DNA of 64,000 bases from Bacillota bacterium (GCA_050952625.1 JBMNLH010000001.1:864001-928000); one strand, 5' to 3'. Counted from the stretch's first letter, positions 31,031 through 41,960 are shown. Notes: generated by a model not told the origin, from the sequence alone. Numbers and translations are program-made.

Positions 31031-31798
31031 ATGACCCTGGCCGAAGCAGTTCTGTTAGGTGTAATACAGGGATTGACTGAGTTTTTACCGGTCAGCAGCA
31101 GCGGACATCTGGTAATTATGCAGCATTTTTTAGGTTTTCAGGAACCACCTTTGACCTTTGATATATTAGTACACCTTGGAACAGTCTTGGCGGTTATAGC
31201 GGCATTTTGGACAGAAATAATAAATATTATTCGCCGGCCTACACAACGGTTGGTTGTAATGATCCTTGTGGCTAGTATACCAACGGGACTAATTGGAATA
31301 TCTTTCAAGACCATTTTTGAGGGCTTTTTCGCTTCTTTAACAGTGGTGGCAATTGGACTTCTGGTTACGGGTATTTTGATTTGGCTGGCAGAGCACTTGT
31401 CCTTTGGTTATAAAACTGTTAGAGAGATGACAATTGTAGATGCTTTATTTATTGGAACGATTCAGGGAGTGGCCATTACTCCAGGGATTTCTCGATCCGG
31501 TTCGACGATTGCGGCTGGGCTGTTTACTGGGCTTGATCGTGAACTGGCCGCCCAGTTTTCTTTCTTGCTTTCAATACCAGCTATTTTAGGTGCTGCTCTG
31601 CTAGAATGCCGGCACCTTATCGGTGGACAGATTGAAGTAGATCTATTACCTTTAATAATTGGGCCTCTGGTAGCGGCTATAACTGGATTTATGGCCACTA
31701 AAATTGTCATTAATCTGGTTAAAAAGGGGAGACTCAGTATTTTTTCTTATTACTGCTGGGTGGTTGCATTATTAATTTTAGCAGCAAATATTTTTTAA
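31031..31798 (+). CDS. uppP: Undecaprenyl-diphosphate phosphatase (BacA)
   Basis: QGLTEFLPVSSSGH and PGISRSG motifs; polytopic membrane protein. Confidence 0.97.
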   Translation: MTLAEAVLLGVIQGLTEFLPVSSSGHLVIMQHFLGFQEPPLTFDILVHLGTVLAVIAAFWTEIINIIRRPTQRLVVMILVASIPTGLIGISFKTIFEGFFASLTVVAIGLLVTGILIWLAEHLSFGYKTVREMTIVDALFIGTIQGVAITPGISRSGSTIAAGLFTGLDRELAAQFSFLLSIPAILGAALLECRHLIGGQIEVDLLPLIIGPLVAAITGFMATKIVINLVKKGRLSIFSYYCWVVALLILAANIF

Positions 31799-31804
31799 CG
31801 GAAG

Positions 31805-34174
31805 GTGAGACCGATGGCTAAAACCCTCAAGTCGAACCGATCAATATCGGAAACGGCACCCATGAGGGATAGTCGTAAGTACGAATTTACGGGAATTTTG
31901 CTGTTGGCTACTGCTTTATTGAGTATAGTGAGTCTTTATTTTGCTCCAGCTAATAATATTACTCCCTCAACTACTGGAGTCTTGGGCAATTTATTAGCGC
32001 ATAGCCTAACCAGTTTAGCTGGAGGCGGTCGGTATCCTCTGGCGATACTTCTAGGTGTTTGGGGATTAGCTATGATAATAGAGAGACATTGGTCTTTCTT
32101 GAATCGTAAAATGTATGGTTTCTTAGTTCTGTATCTTTGTTTTCTGACTTTACTTCACCTTCAGCTCCCAGTCGGAGAAAGTTATTGGATGATTAGTTCC
32201 CAAGGAGAAGGCGGAGGTTTGATAGGTGCATCTTTATCCTGGGCTTTAACTGGGATTTTTGGCGTTTTAGGCAGTTATATCGTTATTTGTTCAGTTATTA
32301 TTGTTACTTTATTAGCGATTACCAATCAATCTTTATTTGAACTTTACCGCCGCCTCATCAAAGCAATCTGTATTTTTTGGAAAAAAGTGGAAGGAAGTCT
32401 GGAACATTTTCTATTTGTCACTGTAGAGGAACAACCGGAAGATGATCTAAAACCAGTTAAGGTTAAAAAGGAAGGACATGATGTACCGGGTAGTAGTGAT
32501 GTTATAGAGGCAGCCGAACAATTAGAGACTAAAATGGAACAAAAACTAAAGTTCGAAAAACACGCAATCCGAAAAGCCTCATCTTCAGGTAATAGAAATG
32601 ATCAAAAAAAGATTAATCAAGAAAAAGAAGTCGAGGCATCGAAACTTCATAATGATCGGGTATCAGAAAACACCATTTTAGGAAGGGCAAATGAAAATTT
32701 AGATTTCGATATAGAATTTGAGGAAGAGTCTTTCTTTCCTTCTTCAGAAGGGTTTATATTACCTTCCCTCAATCTACTAAATCCAGCAGCGGGAAGTAAG
32801 GGTGGGCGATCTAACAAAGATATTATAGATAATACTCGGATTCTGGAAGAAACCCTCGAGAATTTTGGGGTTAACGCCCAAGTGGTTGAGGTTAATCAAG
32901 GTCCGGCGATTACACGATACGAAATTCATCCGGCACCAGGAATAAAGGTAAGTAAGATCATTGGGCTGGCGGATGATATTGCGTTAAGTATGGCGGCCCA
33001 ACAGGTAAGGATTGAAGCACCAATCCCCGGTAAGTCAGCGATCGGGATTGAAGTCCCGAATAAAGAAGTTGCGCTTGTTCATTTGCGTGAGGTTTTAGAG
33101 TGTGATGGTTTTCAAAAGAGTAATTCCCGTCTCTCGGTAGCTTTTGGGAAAGATATTGCCGGTCAAGCTATTATCGGGGATTTAACCAAAATGCCTCATC
33201 TTTTGATTGCTGGGGCTACCGGAATGGGTAAAAGTGTTTGCCTTAACACACTGATTGCTAGCATTTTATTTAAAAGTACCCCTCAAGAAGTCAAGTTTTT
33301 GATGATTGATCCCAAAATGGTTGAATTAACAACTTTTAATGGAATACCCCATCTGATTACACCAGTAGTAACCAATGCCAAAAAAGCCGCTATTGCTTTA
33401 CGCTGGGCGGTTAACCAAATGGAGCAACGTTATGAAAAGTTTGCCGCTTTAGGTGTAAAAGATATGGTCAGGTATAATAAGGCCAAAATTAAAGATAACT
33501 GCCTGGATGAGCTTCTTCCTTATATGGTCATAATTATTGATGAACTAGCAGACTTAATGATGATCGCCCCGGCGGATGTAGAGGACGCCATCTGTCGTTT
33601 GGCTCAAATGGCTCGTGCTGCTGGTATGCATCTAGTGGTCGCGACCCAGCGACCTTCAGTCGATGTTATTACCGGTTTGATCAAGGCCAATATCCCTTCT
33701 CGGATAGCGTTTGCCGTATCCTCTCAAACTGACTCTCGCACCATCTTAGATGTTGGGGGAGCAGAGAAGTTGGTTGGCCGCGGGGATATGCTGTACCTCC
33801 CGGTTGGCTATTCAAAACCAGTTCGGATCCAAGGAGCATACATCTCTGACGGAGAAGTAGAAAAATTAGTGGATTTTCTTAAACAGCAAGCAAAGCCTCA
33901 ATTTGTTGAAGGAATTACGGTTGGTGACACCAAGGCAGCTGAGGAGCCTGAGGAAGAGGATGAACTATTTCCGGAGGCAGCTCGTCTGTTTATTGAGAAT
34001 GGTCAAGCCTCAATATCTTTATTGCAGCGAAGATTCCGGATCGGTTATACTCGGGCAGCCCGACTTATTGATTTGATGGAAAGAAAAGGTGTAATCGGAC
34101 CGTTTGAAGGAAGTAAGCCTCGCGAAGTATTGATGACCATTGAACAGTATGAAACCCGATTCGGAAATTTTTAA
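31805..34174 (+). CDS. ftsK: DNA translocase FtsK/SpoIIIE
   Basis: N-terminal TM segments, [24 protein letters not shown] and gamma domain [17 protein letters not shown]. Confidence 0.97.
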   Translation: MRPMAKTLKSNRSISETAPMRDSRKYEFTGILLLATALLSIVSLYFAPANNITPSTTGVLGNLLAHSLTSLAGGGRYPLAILLGVWGLAMIIERHWSFLNRKMYGFLVLYLCFLTLLHLQLPVGESYWMISSQGEGGGLIGASLSWALTGIFGVLGSYIVICSVIIVTLLAITNQSLFELYRRLIKAICIFWKKVEGSLEHFLFVTVEEQPEDDLKPVKVKKEGHDVPGSSDVIEAAEQLETKMEQKLKFEKHAIRKASSSGNRNDQKKINQEKEVEASKLHNDRVSENTILGRANENLDFDIEFEEESFFPSSEGFILPSLNLLNPAAGSKGGRSNKDIIDNTRILEETLENFGVNAQVVEVNQGPAITRYEIHPAPGIKVSKIIGLADDIALSMAAQQVRIEAPIPGKSAIGIEVPNKEVALVHLREVLECDGFQKSNSRLSVAFGKDIAGQAIIGDLTKMPHLLIAGATGMGKSVCLNTLIASILFKSTPQEVKFLMIDPKMVELTTFNGIPHLITPVVTNAKKAAIALRWAVNQMEQRYEKFAALGVKDMVRYNKAKIKDNCLDELLPYMVIIIDELADLMMIAPADVEDAICRLAQMARAAGMHLVVATQRPSVDVITGLIKANIPSRIAFAVSSQTDSRTILDVGGAEKLVGRGDMLYLPVGYSKPVRIQGAYISDGEVEKLVDFLKQQAKPQFVEGITVGDTKAAEEPEEEDELFPEAARLFIENGQASISLLQRRFRIGYTRAARLIDLMERKGVIGPFEGSKPREVLMTIEQYETRFGNF

Positions 34175-34269
34175 GCTATCGACTGGTCTTTGACAACATA
34201 ACATTGCCCCTGTCTTGTGATGAGTGGTATACTAGCAGGAGAAATAAGTTTGTGAGGCATTAACTTGAA

Positions 34270-35313
34270 TTGGTAATAGATGTTAACGCTGAAGAGGGAC
34301 TCAATTTAGAGAATCCACTATTTATCGATGTACGATCCGAAAGTGAGTTTAAAGAAGCCTCGATACCCGGGGCAGTTAATCTTCCTGTCCTAAACGATTC
34401 AGAAAGAAAACAAGTAGGTACGATTTACCGCCGGGAAGGGCCAGGGTCAGCGCGTAAGTTGGCTTTAGAATTGGTCAGCCCGAAATTGCCGTTTTTGATC
34501 AGACAGCTTGATGAATGCAGCCATAAGAGATCAGTGATCCTATTTTGCTGGCGGGGCGGCCTGCGTAGTCGTTCACTGGGAGTCATTTGCGATTTAATGG
34601 GGATACCGGTATACCGTTTGGTTGGTGGGTATAAATCTTACCGGCAACTAGTCCGCAATTATCTATGGGAACAGTCGCTAGATCGTGAAGTGGTAGTACT
34701 CCACGGTTTAACCGGGGTAGGCAAAACAGAAATTTTGCAGATATTAGCAAGGCGGCAACTCGCAGTCATTGATCTCGAAGCCTTGGCCTCGAATCGAGGC
34801 TCGGTGTTTGGTGGGATTGGCTTACCAGAAGGACCCAATCAAAAAATGTTTGAAGCTTATCTAGCCCAAAAACTCTGGGAACAAGCTGGCCACTCTTATG
34901 TTCTGGTCGAGTGTGAAAGCCGAAGGATTGGGCGAAATACCTTGCCTACTCCTTTGTTGGAAGGAATGCGCGCCGGACGCCATATCCTTCTTTATGATTC
35001 CCTGGAAAATCGAATTCAACGGCTAGTTCGAGAGTATACTGATTTGAATTCAACAGACCTAACCGGTTTAAGCAATGCCGTACGGTCACTAAAAAACCGG
35101 TTGGGTACTTCTAAGACGATAGATTTGATTAAGCATCTTAATCAGGAAGATTTTGATCTGGTTGCCCGCGAACTCTTGCTTTCTTATTATGATCCTTTGT
35201 ATAAATATCCCAGCAAACCCAGTCTTGATTACGACTTATGTGTCAAGACCAGCGATATTATGGCGGCCGCTAAGCAGATAGAGACTTTTGTGAGAGAAAG
35301 GTACGGTGAATAA
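34270..35313 (+). CDS. mnmH: tRNA 2-selenouridine synthase (SelU/MnmH)
   Basis: Rhodanese IDVRSESEF...CWRGGLRS, P-loop GLTGVGKT, DLEALASNRGSVFG, ECESRRIG and YYDPLY. Confidence 0.93.
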   Translation: MVIDVNAEEGLNLENPLFIDVRSESEFKEASIPGAVNLPVLNDSERKQVGTIYRREGPGSARKLALELVSPKLPFLIRQLDECSHKRSVILFCWRGGLRSRSLGVICDLMGIPVYRLVGGYKSYRQLVRNYLWEQSLDREVVVLHGLTGVGKTEILQILARRQLAVIDLEALASNRGSVFGGIGLPEGPNQKMFEAYLAQKLWEQAGHSYVLVECESRRIGRNTLPTPLLEGMRAGRHILLYDSLENRIQRLVREYTDLNSTDLTGLSNAVRSLKNRLGTSKTIDLIKHLNQEDFDLVARELLLSYYDPLYKYPSKPSLDYDLCVKTSDIMAAAKQIETFVRERYGE

Positions 35314-35343
35314 AACCTATCTAGGATAAAGGAGGCGCAAATA

Positions 35344-36162
35344 GTGATCGAGATTGGATCAACTCTCAGAGTGGTCAGAGAAAAGAAGAATATCTCGCTG
35401 GCCCAAGTAGAAGAGATCACTAAAATAAACCGGCGCTACCTGGAAGCTTTAGAAAATGAGGATTATCAGGAGTTGCCTGACCAGGTGTATTCGATAGGTT
35501 TTTTAAAAAACTATGCCCGTTTTCTTGGCTTTCAGAATGAGGAGGTAGCCGAATTAACCGAAGCCTTGAAAAATGCTTTAAATACTCCCGTGCCAGTAAA
35601 TAAAGGAGCTAACGGGAGAAAAAGAAACGGCCGGCCAGGCCGGTCAATGTTCCAGCTTCCAAATGCCAGGTTGCTCCGCGGACTTATAGCGATTGCGGTG
35701 GTACTAGCCTTAATAGTCGGCATTTATCAAGTGTATGGAAATAAAGAGAATACTGAACCGACTAGTTTTATACCCGGCAGTACTGCCGAAAACGCTGAGA
35801 CAGATGATTCTAATAAACCAACTGACGTAACCCCTGCTATTAACCCAGAAGAGTTCAATCAAGACAATTCTCCTTCCACCTCGTCAGTGAATTCGGGTGA
35901 GGTTGGGCCGGTCGCTGGTTTAATTCTTGAACTATACGTTCGTCAAGATCGGTGCTGGATGAGTATTGTGGTTGACGGCAAAGAAGAGTTTAGTGGGACC
36001 CTGGTTGAGGGTGATTATCGTAAGTTCACAGCCAACGAGAAAATTTTTATCCATCTGGGTAATGCCAGAAGTGTTGAGGTTTTTAAAAACGGTCAGTCTG
36101 TTGGTTATCTTGGCAGTTCTAATACAGTAGTCAAACAAGAATTTTTAATAAATGATAACTAA
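35344..36162 (+). CDS. rodZ: RodZ-like HTH / DUF4115 membrane protein
   Basis: N-terminal HTH (IGSTLRVVRE...GFLKNYARFL), one TM segment, C-terminal WMSIVVDG...LGNA. Confidence 0.9.
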   Translation: MIEIGSTLRVVREKKNISLAQVEEITKINRRYLEALENEDYQELPDQVYSIGFLKNYARFLGFQNEEVAELTEALKNALNTPVPVNKGANGRKRNGRPGRSMFQLPNARLLRGLIAIAVVLALIVGIYQVYGNKENTEPTSFIPGSTAENAETDDSNKPTDVTPAINPEEFNQDNSPSTSSVNSGEVGPVAGLILELYVRQDRCWMSIVVDGKEEFSGTLVEGDYRKFTANEKIFIHLGNARSVEVFKNGQSVGYLGSSNTVVKQEFLINDN

Positions 36163-36269
36163 AGATACGAATAACTCTATATAACAAGTAACTAATTTTT
36201 AATATCAAGAAAATTAGAGAAGCAATTATTTTGCTGTGATAATTATAAGCAAGGAAGGCGATCACTACT

Positions 36270-37670
36270 ATGGGCAGACCTTTGACTGTTATGGCTGAGC
36301 TTAAGGTCGGTCTGGTTAGTTTAGGATGCCCCAAAAACTTGGTTGATTCCGAAGTGATGCTCGGACTTTTGGAACAAGCTGGTTGTCAGATAACAACAGA
36401 CGAGGCGGAAGCAGATGTTTTAATTATTAATACCTGTGGTTTTATCGAGTCAGCCCAGCGGGAAGCAATTAATACCATCTTGGAAATGAGTCAGTACAAG
36501 GAGCTTGGTCGCTGCCGGGCTCTTATTGTTGCCGGTTGCCTGGTCCAACGTTTTGCGAAAGAACTGGCGGCTGAACTCCCCGAAATTGATGCTTTGATCG
36601 GTGTTGGAGAAGTCCACCGTATCGTGCCAGTAATCGAGAAAGTACTCGGAGGAGAACGGGTTGAGGCAATGGGGACTCCGTCTTTCTTGTATAGTGAGTC
36701 CTGGCCGCGAAAATTATCGACGCCGGGACATTATGCCTATATCAAAGTATCTGAAGGTTGCGATAATCGATGTTCCTACTGCACAATTCCAGATATTCGC
36801 GGTCGTTTTCGAAGTCGACCTATAGAGTCGGTTGTTCGAGAAGCAGAGGCCTTGGTACAGGCAGGAGTAAAGGAAATTATCCTTATTGCCCAGGACACTA
36901 CGCGTTATGGGGAAGATATTTATGGCACTCCGGTATTAGCTGATCTTCTTAAGGAATTAACCCAAATTTCAAATCTGCCCTGGATCAGATGGATGTATGG
37001 GTATCCCACCCGCATTACTCCAGAGTTAATCAGAGTGATGGCTGAGTCTCCCAAAATTTGTTCCTATATAGACCTACCGTTACAACACATTGACCGGACG
37101 GTTTTACAGCAAATGAATCGTCCAGCGGACCCTGACCAAGCCAGAGAATTAATTTCCGATCTGCGAAAAAATATACCGGACTTGACCTTACGAACTTCAT
37201 TTATTGTTGGGTATCCGGGAGAATCAGAGGAGGCTTTTAACCGGTTATTAGCTTTCCTGGAAGAGATTCGATTTGACCGGGTAGGTGCTTTCACCTACTC
37301 AGCAGAGCAAGGAACGAAAGCTGCCGAATTACCTGAGTTGATACCAGAGGATATCAGAATTGATCGGTACAATCGTTTGATGGAATGCCAGCAGCAGATT
37401 TCCCTCGAAAAAAACCAAGAATGGGTGGGCAAATCTCTTGATGTTTTGGTGGAGGGATTTACAGTCTGTCAGGGAATGAACAACAATAACGAGATCACGG
37501 TAGAAGCGTATGGCCGTTCAAAACGGGAGGCACCTGGTATTGATGGATTAATCTATATACAAAATCCGTTAACAACCAGACTTTCAGCAGGAGATATAGT
37601 CAAAATAAAAATTTGTCAGGCCGACCATTATGACCTGATCGGGGAGGTTCAACGTGAATCTGCCAAATAA
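36270..37670 (+). CDS. rimO: Ribosomal protein S12 methylthiotransferase (start may be ATG 36291)
   Basis: SLGCPKNLVDSE, EGCDNRCSYC and a TRAM domain with APGIDG. Confidence 0.97.
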   Translation: MGRPLTVMAELKVGLVSLGCPKNLVDSEVMLGLLEQAGCQITTDEAEADVLIINTCGFIESAQREAINTILEMSQYKELGRCRALIVAGCLVQRFAKELAAELPEIDALIGVGEVHRIVPVIEKVLGGERVEAMGTPSFLYSESWPRKLSTPGHYAYIKVSEGCDNRCSYCTIPDIRGRFRSRPIESVVREAEALVQAGVKEIILIAQDTTRYGEDIYGTPVLADLLKELTQISNLPWIRWMYGYPTRITPELIRVMAESPKICSYIDLPLQHIDRTVLQQMNRPADPDQARELISDLRKNIPDLTLRTSFIVGYPGESEEAFNRLLAFLEEIRFDRVGAFTYSAEQGTKAAELPELIPEDIRIDRYNRLMECQQQISLEKNQEWVGKSLDVLVEGFTVCQGMNNNNEITVEAYGRSKREAPGIDGLIYIQNPLTTRLSAGDIVKIKICQADHYDLIGEVQRESAK

Positions 37671-38211
37671 ACTAACCTTGGGTAGAGTAATCCTTATACC
37701 GGTATTTTTAATTTTACTTTTTGTCAAGATTCCATATGGCAAGTATTTAGCAGCTGGAATATTTATTATCGCGTCTATGACCGATGGTTTAGATGGGTAT
37801 TTAGCCCGTTCACGACGACAGGTCACGCTTTTCGGAAAGTTTATGGACCCGGTAGCCGATAAGTTATTGGTGACAGCAGCTCTAGTTTCCCTGGTTGCGT
37901 TGCATGAAATTCATGCTTTACCGGTCATCATAATTCTTGGTCGCGAATTTGCAGTTAGTGGACTGCGATCCCTAGCTGCTTCAGAAGGAGTAGTTATTTC
38001 GGCTAGTCCTTTAGGTAAAATAAAGACAATTACCCAGATTGTAGCTATTTCGGCCATTTTATTAGATAACTTTCCCTTTAGATTAATAAACTTTCCTTTT
38101 GATCAATGTGCTCTCTGGATTGCTGTTTTCTTTACCCTGTATTCAGGTATAGATTATTTTTTGCGGTTTCGCAAAGAATTACACCTAGACGGTGGAACCG
38201 AAATCATGTAA
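37654..38211 (+). CDS. pgsA: CDP-diacylglycerol--glycerol-3-phosphate 3-phosphatidyltransferase
   Basis: MNLPNKLT and DGLDGYLAR...GKFMDPVADK motifs. Confidence 0.97.
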   Translation: MNLPNKLTLGRVILIPVFLILLFVKIPYGKYLAAGIFIIASMTDGLDGYLARSRRQVTLFGKFMDPVADKLLVTAALVSLVALHEIHALPVIIILGREFAVSGLRSLAASEGVVISASPLGKIKTITQIVAISAILLDNFPFRLINFPFDQCALWIAVFFTLYSGIDYFLRFRKELHLDGGTEIM

Positions 38212-38291
38212 CATCCCTTCCAGTTGAATCCTAGGGAAAACTGGCGAGAGTTGTTGTATAATGGTTTTAGGTATGACCGGGAGGTGTTTTT

Positions 38292-38843
38292 TTGTCTTTT
38301 AAAGACGTCCACTGGACCTCGGTGTTAGTCGGTATGCTTTTAGCTTTTGCCTTATTGGTTGGTGGCAACTGGCTATATCAGCAATATTTGGTTAAAAGTC
38401 CTCTGGGTGATGCCCTGGAGCAGAGATCTGAAGTAATTAATTGGTCGTTACGAGAAGAAACAGATAAGAAAGTGTTAACAGTTGAATTGGGGCCAGTGAC
38501 TAACCTAAAAGAGAGCTACAATTATATTCGGGACAAATCCATTCAGTACTTAGGGGCTGAGGGCGTTGAGATTCGGCTGGTGGATCACCGTTCGGAGAAG
38601 TTGGAGCAGGTTATGTATACTCTGCAATATCCCATCTATGAAGCACTCGTTCGGGGGAATTTTACAGAGATGGCCGAAACGGTCAAGCTAGAGGCGGAAA
38701 GGGCTCAATTGACCGGATGTCGGGTATACGTTGATGAAGCCAATTTGTATGTTCATCTTAACCACGATGAAGATTATTTGTACGAAATAATTCCACGGGT
38801 AACTGGCTTTGAGTCACCTGGGACTGTTAAAAACGCAAAGTGA
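38292..38843 (+). CDS. Membrane-anchored hypothetical protein
   Basis: SD GGAGGTG, one N-terminal TM segment, 183 aa. Confidence 0.75.
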   Translation: MSFKDVHWTSVLVGMLLAFALLVGGNWLYQQYLVKSPLGDALEQRSEVINWSLREETDKKVLTVELGPVTNLKESYNYIRDKSIQYLGAEGVEIRLVDHRSEKLEQVMYTLQYPIYEALVRGNFTEMAETVKLEAERAQLTGCRVYVDEANLYVHLNHDEDYLYEIIPRVTGFESPGTVKNAK

Positions 38844-38916
38844 GCTTTGTTTTAAAAGGACATAAAACCTAAGATTTATTTGGAATGGGAGTTGTATCTT
38901 AGGAGGGAGGGTCGCC

Positions 38917-40425
38917 GTGAAAAGAAATAATTGGACAGGGGCTGCTATTGGGGCTGGCTTAGGAATTCTGGGATATTTGCTAATAATGGGATATAATATT
39001 ACTCCCTTGCTTATTCTAGGCGGTTTTGGGATACTTATCTTCTTTTTTCTTGACCAAAAAGGGGTTCTGCGGCAAACGACAATTGGCCAGACTACTATAA
39101 GTAAAGAACTGCCTTTTGAAGACATTGGCGGACAGGCTACGGCTAAACAAGAATTAAAAGAAGCCTTAGAGTTTATTCTTCAGGCGGATAAGGTTCGAAA
39201 GATGGGGATTCGTCCCTTGCGGGGTATTTTATTAACCGGTCCGCCTGGAACAGGCAAGACTTTACTGGCTAAAGCAGCAGCGTCTTACACTAATTCTGTT
39301 TATTCTGCTGTTAGTGGTTCGGAGTTTATTGAGGTCTATGCCGGAGTAGGGGCGCAACGGGTACGCAGCCTTTTTCGATCAGCTCGGGATACTGCCCGAA
39401 AGCAGGGGAAGAAAAGCGCGATTATTTTTATTGACGAGATTGAGGTTCTGGGTGGGAAACGAGGGACTCATAGCAGTCACCTTGAATATGACCAAACATT
39501 AAACCAGTTATTGGTAGAAATGGACGGTATTTCTACCGAAGAACAGGTTAAAGTCCTGGTTATTGGGGCGACTAACCGGATGGATTTACTTGACCCAGCA
39601 CTATTACGGCCAGGCCGCTTTGACCGTCAGGTTCGCGTAGATTTACCAGATCGTGAAGGCAGATTGGAGATACTGCACCTTCATTCGCGCAATAAACCGC
39701 TGGACCAATCTATTGACTTGGAACAAATTGCTCGCGAAACTTTCGGCTTTTCCGGGGCTCATTTGGAGAGTTTAGTTAACGAAGCCGCTGTCTTAGCTCT
39801 AAGGGAGGAAGTAGAGATAATATCTCAGGAACATCTTAGAGAAGCGATTGATAAGGTGATTATGGGTGAAAAGCTGGATCGGCACCCAACGGTTGAAGAG
39901 CTTAACAGAGTGGCCGTTCATGAGGCCGGGCATGCGGTAGTGAGTGAACTAGTACGTCCCAACTCCGTAGCTCGGGTAACTATTACTCCCCGGGGATCAG
40001 CCCTGGGTTATGTCCGTCGAACTCCAGAAGAAGACCAATACCTGTATACCCGATCCTTTATGGAAAAGCAAATTATGATTTGCCTGGGTGGAGCAGTGGC
40101 TGAAGAGATCGTGTTAGGAGAACGCAGTACTGGTTCCAGTAGTGACTTTGAAGAGGCGGCACGAATGGCTCGCCAGATTGTTTTATCTGGCCTTTCCCAT
40201 TTAGGGATAGTGTGTAAAGAGACTCTTTCTCAAGAAGCTTTGAATCAAGCGATTAAGGATATTATTGCTATTCAAGAGCGGTGGGTGAAGCAGGCGATTA
40301 ATACCTATCGTTATTGTATTCAAGCTGTTGCCGGACTACTGGTAGAAAACGAATCTATTCCTGGGGACGACTTGAGGAAATATCTGCGAGAGAGTACCTG
40401 TCCACCCAACCAGATTATAGCTTAA
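38917..40425 (+). CDS. Short FtsH-like AAA+ zinc metalloprotease
   Basis: Two closely spaced TM segments, GPPGTGKT, IFIDE, ALLRPGRFDR and HEAGH. Confidence 0.92.
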   Translation: MKRNNWTGAAIGAGLGILGYLLIMGYNITPLLILGGFGILIFFFLDQKGVLRQTTIGQTTISKELPFEDIGGQATAKQELKEALEFILQADKVRKMGIRPLRGILLTGPPGTGKTLLAKAAASYTNSVYSAVSGSEFIEVYAGVGAQRVRSLFRSARDTARKQGKKSAIIFIDEIEVLGGKRGTHSSHLEYDQTLNQLLVEMDGISTEEQVKVLVIGATNRMDLLDPALLRPGRFDRQVRVDLPDREGRLEILHLHSRNKPLDQSIDLEQIARETFGFSGAHLESLVNEAAVLALREEVEIISQEHLREAIDKVIMGEKLDRHPTVEELNRVAVHEAGHAVVSELVRPNSVARVTITPRGSALGYVRRTPEEDQYLYTRSFMEKQIMICLGGAVAEEIVLGERSTGSSSDFEEAARMARQIVLSGLSHLGIVCKETLSQEALNQAIKDIIAIQERWVKQAINTYRYCIQAVAGLLVENESIPGDDLRKYLRESTCPPNQIIA

Positions 40426-40621
40426 TTTGACATAACTAAATGTAACATGGTAAGTATAGACCGTCCTTGTTGAGGCGGTCTTATTTATTTAGCCGTAATG
40501 TAATTTGTAATTTATTGTAGTGATACTGATTGACTTTTAAAGTTAATTGATGGTACCTTGTAAGAAGTAATTAATTGAAGTAAGTGGATTAATAATTAAG
40601 AGAGAGGGTAAAGAGGAACAC

Positions 40622-41122
40622 TTGAAGAAAGAACTTTTTCGGTTAACAAGTATAGTCGGTCGTCAACTGAAGGAAAGAGGTTGGCAGATTGCAGTAGCTG
40701 AATCTTGCACTGGCGGGTTGCTTGGTTATATTTTGACCACAGTGCCCGGCAGTTCCGAATACTTTTACGGCGGGGTAATTAGTTATAGTAATCAGGCTAA
40801 ACTGGATCTGCTAGGAGTAAATTCCGACACTTTGGCTAAATGGGGTGCGGTAAGTGAATTAACCGCGCAAGAGATGGCGGAAGGAATACGCAAACAGTGC
40901 CACGTTCAGCTAGGCGTAGCAATTACCGGGATCGCTGGACCCGGAGGAGGTAGTCAACATAAGCCGGTTGGTTTGGTGTACCTAGCTTTGGCCAGTGAAG
41001 ATTCGACCAGTGTTATCAGAAGGCAATTTTCTGGAGATCGATCCCAGGTGCGCCAAAATTCGGCTTTAGAAGCTTTAAAGCTAATTCAGCTTTATTTAGA
41101 GAGTACCAATCGGTTAAGCTAG
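40622..41122 (+). CDS. pncC: NMN deamidase (CinA C-terminal domain only)
   Basis: AESCTGG, GAVS and ITGIAGPGGG motifs; no N-terminal MoCF-binding domain. Confidence 0.9.
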   Translation: MKKELFRLTSIVGRQLKERGWQIAVAESCTGGLLGYILTTVPGSSEYFYGGVISYSNQAKLDLLGVNSDTLAKWGAVSELTAQEMAEGIRKQCHVQLGVAITGIAGPGGGSQHKPVGLVYLALASEDSTSVIRRQFSGDRSQVRQNSALEALKLIQLYLESTNRLS

Positions 41123-41201
41123 GTTTCGTATTTTTAGCCGGCTCAGCATGCGACCATATAAGTTTATGTTTGGTAATAATAATAAAGCAAGGTGTCGATT
41201 T

Positions 41202-41786
41202 ATGACAAGTTTACGTTTGTTTATTGCCATTAACTTGCCCTTAGAGGTGCGCAAGCTATTGGGGCAGGTCCAGCAAAGTTTACCGTTAAACGAATCTTTG
41301 GTGAAATGGGTTAAAAAAGAAAACTTTCATTTGACCCTGGAGTTCCTAGGAGAGACAAGGAAAGAACGGTTATCACAGATTGAAGAAGGATTAAAAAAGG
41401 CAACCTTAAACTCTGATTCCCTCCTTCTTGATTTGCAAGAAATAGGGGCCTTCCCTAATTGGAGAAATCCAAGAGTAATCTGGGTTGGGCTGGGTGGAGA
41501 TATTGTTCGGCTGAGAGACCTGCACAATCGTATTCATCAAGAGCTTTTAGATCGAGGGTTTTCCCTTGGCCCTAAACGTTTTCAGCCTCACCTTACGCTA
41601 GGCCGGATAAAACAAGGAACACCGATTTCAGCCGGAGTCACTAACTATCTAAAACTTATCCCTAAAGATGTTACCTTCGCGGTTAAGCAGATAGATTTAA
41701 TGCAGAGCATTTTAACCCGAGAAGGCCCAATTTACAAGAAGCTGACTAGCATTCCCTTAGCCAAAGCCGTTAACCAAAGAGAATAA
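41202..41786 (+). CDS. thpR: RNA 2',3'-cyclic phosphodiesterase (2H family)
   Basis: RLFIAI, two HLTL motifs and PRVIW. Confidence 0.92.
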   Translation: MTSLRLFIAINLPLEVRKLLGQVQQSLPLNESLVKWVKKENFHLTLEFLGETRKERLSQIEEGLKKATLNSDSLLLDLQEIGAFPNWRNPRVIWVGLGGDIVRLRDLHNRIHQELLDRGFSLGPKRFQPHLTLGRIKQGTPISAGVTNYLKLIPKDVTFAVKQIDLMQSILTREGPIYKKLTSIPLAKAVNQRE

Positions 41787-41896
41787 GTGGACTCGTTCAG
41801 CTTTGCTGAACATCGAGGCTTTTGACGGAGACTCTATTCCACCTGAAGTTTTAAAAAGGTAGCCCCGCTTATAGAAGCGGGAGTCTTTTGATTAGA
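41787..41896 (-). repeat. Dispersed ~110-bp repeat, copy 4 (best-preserved palindromes)
   Basis: Reverse complement reads TCTAATCAAAAGACTCCCGCTTCTATAAGCGGGG...AAGCCTCGATGTTCAGCAAAGCTGAACGAGTCCAC. Confidence 0.85.
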
Positions 41897-41910
41897 TACA
41901 ATTAGATTGA

Positions 41911-41960
41911 TTGACAGCTGGTAATAAAGTAGGCTAAAATTAGTTTAAGAACAAATGTTC
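41911..41960 (+). promoter_or_regulatory. recA SigA promoter with LexA (Cheo) box
   Basis: TTGACA-N18-TAAAAT, then GAAC-AAAT-GTTC at 41949-41960. Confidence 0.88.

Noticed and set aside
3254-41896. 110-bp repeats as a CRISPR array
   Set aside because: The copies are dispersed, long and divergent, and there are no cas genes.
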